Assembly (NCBI GenBank): GCA_963847705.1
Contig: CAWKBC010000030.1
Location: 384,001-448,000, forward strand
DNA: 64,000 nucleotides
Reading direction: 5' to 3'
From: an uncultured Pseudomonadota bacterium
Lineage (GTDB): Bacteria; Myxococcota_A; Polyangia; Fen-1088
Positions 56,824 through 64,000 of this stretch are shown here, piece after piece. The notes below the pieces were generated by a model. The model made no database searches. It was given only the letters and a program-made list of their open reading frames with translations, and was not told where the DNA came from. The position numbers and the translations under genes are program-made. The first letter of the stretch is position 1; the number at the start of each line of letters is the position of its first letter.

Positions 56824-57171
56824 ATGCGCGGCAATTCGTCCATCACTCGCAGTCGATCGCCCGGGTCTCTCCACGCGTTCTTCCTGAGCGGGACCGCTGC
56901 GTTGGTCCTCAGCGCCACGGGATGCGGCACCCCCGGGGCGGTCAGCGGCGCGCCGGCAGGCGGCTTTACCGCCCAGGCTTCGGCCGCCACGCCCGAGCGC
57001 GCGCACATCCAGGCCGTCTACCAGAGCCATTGCGGCTCCTGCCACACGCCCGTCGCTCCGGGGAGCGAGCCGTCTGACCGGCTGGAAGCCGAGCTCGAAC
57101 GCCACCACAAGCGCACGCGGTTGACCGAGGCGGAGTGGGCCGGCCTCGACGCGTTTCTGGCCCGCCCGTAG
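56824..57171 (+). CDS. Small monoheme c-type cytochrome lipoprotein
   Basis: AGGGAG SD, hydrophobic signal with lipobox ATGC, CGSCH heme motif, distal HH. Confidence 0.72.
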   Translation: MRGNSSITRSRSPGSLHAFFLSGTAALVLSATGCGTPGAVSGAPAGGFTAQASAATPERAHIQAVYQSHCGSCHTPVAPGSEPSDRLEAELERHHKRTRLTEAEWAGLDAFLARP

Positions 57172-57229
57172 CCACGGCGGCCGGGCGAGCGGCGGCAACG
57201 CTGCGGCGCCCGCGCTAGGCTGAGCGTCG

Positions 57230-59125
<1,896 letters not shown>

Positions 59126-59378
59126 GTCGCCGTCAGCCCCGCGACCGGCGGCGCAGCTCCCTCTGCAGCGGCGCGGCTCCATCAAATGAGGAAGCGCCGC
59201 AGGCCATGCCCGCCCTTCACGAAGATGGCGAAAGGCCTTGAATCGCTTCGAACCTACATCTCCGTCGGTGTGTGAAGAACATGGGAGTGGAAGCGGGAGC
59301 GGCGGCAGGTGAACACCTTCGGCACGCAGCCGAACAGCGCGGACATCACCGGCCCGCTGCCGGGGCTGTAGTCCGCCT

Positions 59379-60039
59379 TCAAGCGGCTTTGGGCCCGCCG
59401 GCGAACAGGCTGTGCCGTTCGACCAGCTTGCGGACGAAGATCTCGGCGTAGTCGCCGGGGACGGTATGGACGATCGAGGGGCGCGGTGCCAGACGGCGCA
59501 CCAGCGCCTCGAACCGGGGCGTCGCCGACAGGAGCCGCGCGCCCAGCTCTTTCTCCACGACGGCGAAGCGCAGCGCCGACGACGCCAGCGCCAGGTGCCC
59601 GAGGCCGAACCCTTCGGCTGCGATCACGCCGGCGGCGATCGCCTCTTCGTAGCGGCCGGTGATCGCCGCCAGCGCCTCGGCCGCCGCCGCTTGCTCCTCC
59701 GGGGACGGCGCGATGAAGAGCCGGTACTGGGCGTTCGAGAGATCGTCGGCCACCGCCACCCAGGCCCGCTGGCGCGCGCGTTCGAAGGGATCGGTCCCCA
59801 GCAGCGACGGCGGGTGCGTCTCATCGAGGAACTCGATGATCGCCTGCGACTCGAACAGCGGCTGGCCGTCGACCAGCAGCACCGGCACCTTCCCGCGCGG
59901 CGAGAGGGCCAGGAACCAGTCGGGCTTGGCCCTTGAGATCGATGTAGCGCCGCTCGAAGGGGACGCCTTTTTCGTGCATCATCGCTGCCGCGCGGTGCAC
60001 GTAGGGGCAGAGCGTGTGGCTCACCAGCTCCAGCTTCAT
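59379..60039 (-). CDS. Glutathione S-transferase; +1 frameshift at 59930-59932 (probably a sequencing error)
   Basis: SHTLCPYVHR...IDLK then AKPDWFLALSPRGKVPVL..LFESQAIIEFLDE after removing one base from a G run. Confidence 0.85.
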
Positions 60040-60049
60040 GACGGCCAGT

Positions 60050-62317
60050 ATGACTCAGGCAGTGACTCGAGCCCGACGGCTCGTCGCCCCGCTGCTCGCG
60101 CTGGGGTTCGCGGCCTGTGCCCGGCAAGGCAGCGTCGCCGCCGGGGCCGACGTCTTGACCGAGCACAATGACGGCGCGCGCTCGGGCGCGACGCTGGTCG
60201 AGACCGCGCTCAAGCCGCCGCTCGTCGCGGGTGGCGCCTTCGGGCGGCTCTTCGAACGCGACGTCGAGGGCGGCATCGTCGCGCAGCCGCTGGTCCTGCA
60301 CGGGGTGCCGACCGCCGGCCAGGGCCGTCGCGATCTCCTGCTGGTGGCGACGGAGACCAACTGGGTCTATGCCTTCGATCTCGATGACACCAGCACCGAT
60401 CCGGCGACCCCGCCGGTCGCAAAGCGGCAACTGCAGCCCAGCGGGCGGGTCGTCCCCGCGATCTGCGGCGAGACCCCCTCGCAGCGGGTCGGCATCACCA
60501 GCACCCCCGTCGTCGACGCCGCCACGCGGACGCTCTACGCGGTCGCGCGCAACGCCGCCGATCACCAGTACTACCTGCACGCGCTCGATCTGACCGCCGA
60601 TCTGGGCGACCGGCGCCCGCCGGTCCGGATCGCGCCGGTCTACCGGAGCTCGCCGCAAGGCCCCGGCCTCAGGTTCAACGCCGACTGCCAGCGCAACCGG
60701 CCGGCGCTCCTTCTCTTGAACGGCGTCATCTACGTCGCCTTCGGCAGCCTGGCCTGCGACCGCGACTGCCCGGACGGCACCCCTTACCGCGGCTGGGTGG
60801 CCGGCTACCGAGCGGCCGATCTGGCCGAGGTGGCGGTCTTCTCGACGGGCGCCGATGGCGGGCGCGCCGGGATCTGGCAGGGGGGGAGCGGTCCCGTCGG
60901 CGTGGGCGATCGAATCTACGTCATGACCGGCAACGGCCCGGGCGCGCTCGGCGACGCCTTCGTCGCCCTTCAGGTCTCCGACGCGCCGCCAGGACTGGCG
61001 CTGGCGGCCGCGCATCAGCCGCCCAATCACGACACGCTCGATCGCACCGACAGCGATCTCGGCTCGGGCGGCCCGCTCTGGCTGCCCCCCGGCCTCGTCG
61101 TGGGCGGCGGCAAGGAGGGGCGTTACGAGGTGCTCGACGCGCGCACGCTCGCGCTCTCCCAGGATCAGTCGGCGCTCGACCAGGCCGAGGGCTTCCAGGC
61201 GTTCGTGAACTCGTACCACGCCGATCCGCGCGCACCCGCCTGCGCGACGCAGCCGCGCTCGCTCTTCCCCACGAACTGCGACACCGGCACCGTCCCCGGC
61301 TGCTACGTCGCCGGCACGCGCTACCAGAACGGCGAGGACTGCGGGCCCAACGTCAACGGCGGTCCCGTCTTCTGGTCGGCGGCTGGCCCCGGTTACGGGC
61401 TCGTCTATCAGATGGCGGGGCGTGACTATCTCAAGGCGTTTCGCTACGACAGCGCGACCCACCACCTCGCCGAGCGACCGTTCCTCACCTCGTCCGTCCG
61501 GGCGGTCGAAGGGATGTCGGGCGGGTTCAGCTCGCTCTCCGCCGACGGCGCGCGCGACGCCATCCTCTGGGTGTCGTACCCGCTCGGCGATGGACAGTGG
61601 CAGAACGTGCCGGGGCGGCTGGCGGCGTTCGACGCCGCCACGCTGGGCGAGCTGTGGCACGACGACGGCGGCTACCTGTTCGCCAAGTTCACGCCGCCGA
61701 CGATCGCCAGCGGGCGCGTCATCCGGGCGACGCTGTCGGGCAAGGTCGTGGTCTACGGCCTTCGCGCGGACGCCGCGCCTCGGTCGTTCGTCAGGCGCGC
61801 GTTCGACGGTCTGGCGGCGCTGTTCCGGCCGCGCCCGTTTGCGCTTCCCGCGCCGGTCGGGCGCGCCGCGGTCGACGATAAGTACCGGCTGTCGGGCGCC
61901 GAGAGCGGCTTCTTGGGCCGGCCGGAGTTCGACGCCCGCCCGGTTCAGGACGCCGCTGCCGGATGGTACCGGGACTTTCAGGGCGTCATCATCGGCGACG
62001 TGCCGTCGACGGTCTCCGTGCGACACTACCTGCGCGCGCCGTCACCGGTGCCGGGGCGGCATCCCTGGCTGGGGCTGGGGACGCCGTTCAGCTCGTCCAT
62101 CTACTGGTCGCCACCCACAGGTGCGCACATCGTGACCGGCGATATTCGCGACAGCTGGCTCGCCCAGGGCGGCCCGACCGGCCCCCTCGGCTATCCGGTC
62201 GCCGACGAAGAGCCGGCGCCCGGCGGTGGGCGGGTCGGCCGGTTCGCCGGCGGGACGATCACCTGGACGGTCGCATCGGGCGCGATCCTGCAGCTCGGCG
62301 CGGCAGGTCGGCGGTAG
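60050..62317 (+). CDS. Lipoprotein with PQQ-like beta-propeller and C-terminal LGFP repeat
   Basis: Lipobox FAAC; DVLTEHNDGARSG, GITSTPVVD, GIWQGGSG, DLGSGGP, AKFTPPTIA; SIYWSPPTGAH..GDIRDSW...GPLGYPVADE; start may be GTG 60062. Confidence 0.8.
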   Translation: MTQAVTRARRLVAPLLALGFAACARQGSVAAGADVLTEHNDGARSGATLVETALKPPLVAGGAFGRLFERDVEGGIVAQPLVLHGVPTAGQGRRDLLLVATETNWVYAFDLDDTSTDPATPPVAKRQLQPSGRVVPAICGETPSQRVGITSTPVVDAATRTLYAVARNAADHQYYLHALDLTADLGDRRPPVRIAPVYRSSPQGPGLRFNADCQRNRPALLLLNGVIYVAFGSLACDRDCPDGTPYRGWVAGYRAADLAEVAVFSTGADGGRAGIWQGGSGPVGVGDRIYVMTGNGPGALGDAFVALQVSDAPPGLALAAAHQPPNHDTLDRTDSDLGSGGPLWLPPGLVVGGGKEGRYEVLDARTLALSQDQSALDQAEGFQAFVNSYHADPRAPACATQPRSLFPTNCDTGTVPGCYVAGTRYQNGEDCGPNVNGGPVFWSAAGPGYGLVYQMAGRDYLKAFRYDSATHHLAERPFLTSSVRAVEGMSGGFSSLSADGARDAILWVSYPLGDGQWQNVPGRLAAFDAATLGELWHDDGGYLFAKFTPPTIASGRVIRATLSGKVVVYGLRADAAPRSFVRRAFDGLAALFRPRPFALPAPVGRAAVDDKYRLSGAESGFLGRPEFDARPVQDAAAGWYRDFQGVIIGDVPSTVSVRHYLRAPSPVPGRHPWLGLGTPFSSSIYWSPPTGAHIVTGDIRDSWLAQGGPTGPLGYPVADEEPAPGGGRVGRFAGGTITWTVASGAILQLGAAGRR

Positions 62318-62377
62318 CCAGATCGCCGAAGCTGGCAGGCGAGCCGCTGCCAGCCCCGCCGGACACCCATCTTCACG

Positions 62378-64000
62378 ATGGGTAAGTCGCGCGCCCCCCG
62401 AAGCCCGTTTCTCTCGGTCGTTTTCCTCTTCTTGCTGGCTGCCTGTGCGGGGGTCAAGCAGAAGGCGACCGGCACCGACGCCGCGGTGACGGGCACCGGA
62501 GGCGCTGGTCCCGCGACCTCGGGGAGCGGCGGTTCGGGGGCGACCGGGTCGGGCGGCTCCAGCGCGACGGGCGGGGCGATCGGCACCGACGCCGGCGCCT
62601 CGGACGCCGCGTGTGTCCCGACCGTCACCACCTGCACGCAGCCGGGCGGCACCTACTGCGGAAAGATCGGCAACGGATGTCCCGGCGGCTCGGTCGATTG
62701 CGGCGCTTGCCAGAGCGGCTACACCTGCACCAACGGGATCTGCATCGGCGGCGCGAGCTGCCCGGCGATCGCCTGCGGCGACTACTGCGGCAGCATCGGG
62801 GATGGCTGCGGGCGTGCGTTGACCTGTGGCAGCTGCTCGTCGAGCAACCAGTGCAACTCGGGGATCTGCGCTTCCCCCGGCTGCGTGCCGCTCACCTGCA
62901 ACCCATCCTCCGGGACACAGTACTGCGGCAAGATCGGCGACGGCTGCGGCGGGACCCTCGATTGCGGCGGCTGCCCGGGCGGCGCGGCCTGCGGCGCGGG
63001 CGGCGTCGCCAACCTCTGCGTCGATCCGAACTGCACGCCGGTCACCTGCAGCCCGATGGGGGGCCAGTACTGCGGGACGATCGGCGACGGCTGCGGCGGC
63101 GTGCTCAGCTGCGGCACCTGCAGCAACGGCATGACCTGCGGCGCCGGCGGAACGGCGAACGTCTGCCCCGGCTCGTCGACCGGCGGCGGCTGCACCGGGC
63201 TGCAATGCCAGGTCGCGACCTGCACCGGGACGGCGACCACCTCGCTCTCCGGCAAGGTGTACGACCCGGCCGGCAAGGTCCCGCTCTACAACGTCACCGT
63301 CTACGTCCCGAACGCGGCGCTCGACGCCATTCCGGAGGGCGTCTCCTGCGACAAGTGCAGCGCGCAGGTCTCGGGTCACCCCGTCGCCGCCGGGCTGACC
63401 GACGCGACGGGCGCCTTCCACCTGACCGGCGTCCCGTCGGGAACCAACATCCCGCTGGTCATGCAGGTCGGCAAGTGGCGGCGCCAGGTCACCGTCCCCA
63501 CCGTCACCTCCTGCGTCGACAACCCGCTCACCGACGTCAACTTGACGCGGCTGCCACGCACGCAGTCGGAGGGGCACATGCCCAAGATCGCCGTCACCAC
63601 CGGCGGCTCCGACGCCATCGAGTGCTTCCTGCGCGAGATTGGCATCGCCGACAGCGAGTTCACCACCGACGCGGGGAGCGGGCGGGTGAACCTCTACGTC
63701 GGCGGCGACGGCCCGGGGAACGGGCAAGGGACGGCCAGCTTCTCGGCCGCGCTCGGGGGCGCCGCCTTCCCGGACGCGCAGACGCTCTGGTCGAACACCA
63801 CCAAGCTGCTCGGTTACGACATCCTCATGCACTCCTGCGAGGGGGGGCAGTACCCCGACGCCAAGAAGCCCTACATCGCCAACATCAAGAAGTACGCCGA
63901 TTCGGGCGGGCGCCTCTTCAATTCCCACCTGCACTTCTACTGGCTTCGCAACGGGCCCACGCCCTGGCCGACGACGGCGGTCTATCTCGGGGCTCAGAAT
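62378..64000 (+). CDS. Cys-rich repeat lipoprotein with carboxypeptidase-regulatory-like domain; runs off the window
   Basis: Missing from the ORF track; own translation: MGKSRAPRSPFLSVVFLFLLAAC, Gly/Ser linker, four YCGxIG(N/D)GC repeats, SGKVYDPAGKVPLYNVTVYVP, QVGKWRRQV. Confidence 0.85.
   Translation, partial: MGKSRAPRSPFLSVVFLFLLAACAGVKQKATGTDAAVTGTGGAGPATSGSGGSGATGSGGSSATGGAIGTDAGASDAACVPTVTTCTQPGGTYCGKIGNGCPGGSVDCGACQSGYTCTNGICIGGASCPAIACGDYCGSIGDGCGRALTCGSCSSSNQCNSGICASPGCVPLTCNPSSGTQYCGKIGDGCGGTLDCGGCPGGAACGAGGVANLCVDPNCTPVTCSPMGGQYCGTIGDGCGGVLSCGTCSNGMTCGAGGTANVCPGSSTGGGCTGLQCQVATCTGTATTSLSGKVYDPAGKVPLYNVTVYVPNAALDAIPEGVSCDKCSAQVSGHPVAAGLTDATGAFHLTGVPSGTNIPLVMQVGKWRRQVTVPTVTSCVDNPLTDVNLTRLPRTQSEGHMPKIAVTTGGSDAIECFLREIGIADSEFTTDAGSGRVNLYVGGDGPGNGQGTASFSAALGGAAFPDAQTLWSNTTKLLGYDILMHSCEGGQYPDAKKPYIANIKKYADSGGRLFNSHLHFYWLRNGPTPWPTTAVYLGAQN

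Overview
GC-rich bacterial chromosome segment (visually about 70% GC, not computed), most likely Myxococcota/Polyangia-like given the TIGR04551-type barrel and the Gly/Thr-linker and Cys-rich lipoproteins. Core content: three tRNAs (His partial, Arg-TCT, Cys), serB, msrB, a Family 1 encapsulin with its ferritin-like cargo, peptidoglycan-recycling genes (ampG-like, anmK, murQ, nagZ), dapA/dapB/ribF, pyrG, an rpoN-hpf-ptsN-hprK-rapZ-EIIA-ptsH-ptsI regulatory PTS operon, an FTR1 iron permease, a MoxR/DUF58/BatA-vWA plus DUF4175/TPR-metallopeptidase cluster, a GT51 transglycosylase, a GH8 and two GH3 glycosidases, and several secreted lipoproteins. No CRISPR array, transposase or integrase was seen. 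Most notable observations: (1) pyrG sits directly next to rpoN with the kds/lpt LPS genes missing from this normally conserved block; (2) three families of small structured intergenic repeats, one of which brackets anmK and sits between an SD-like sequence and the start codon of two genes; (3) a recurrent TAnnnT hexamer 6-9 nt before many start codons, suggesting widespread leaderless mRNAs; (4) a small basic AT-hook/C3H protein that may be a nucleoid-associated protein; (5) two matching Fur-like boxes; (6) +1 frameshifts in the same CAGATCG context, probably methylation-linked sequencing errors. All family assignments come from motif recognition by eye; no database searches were run.
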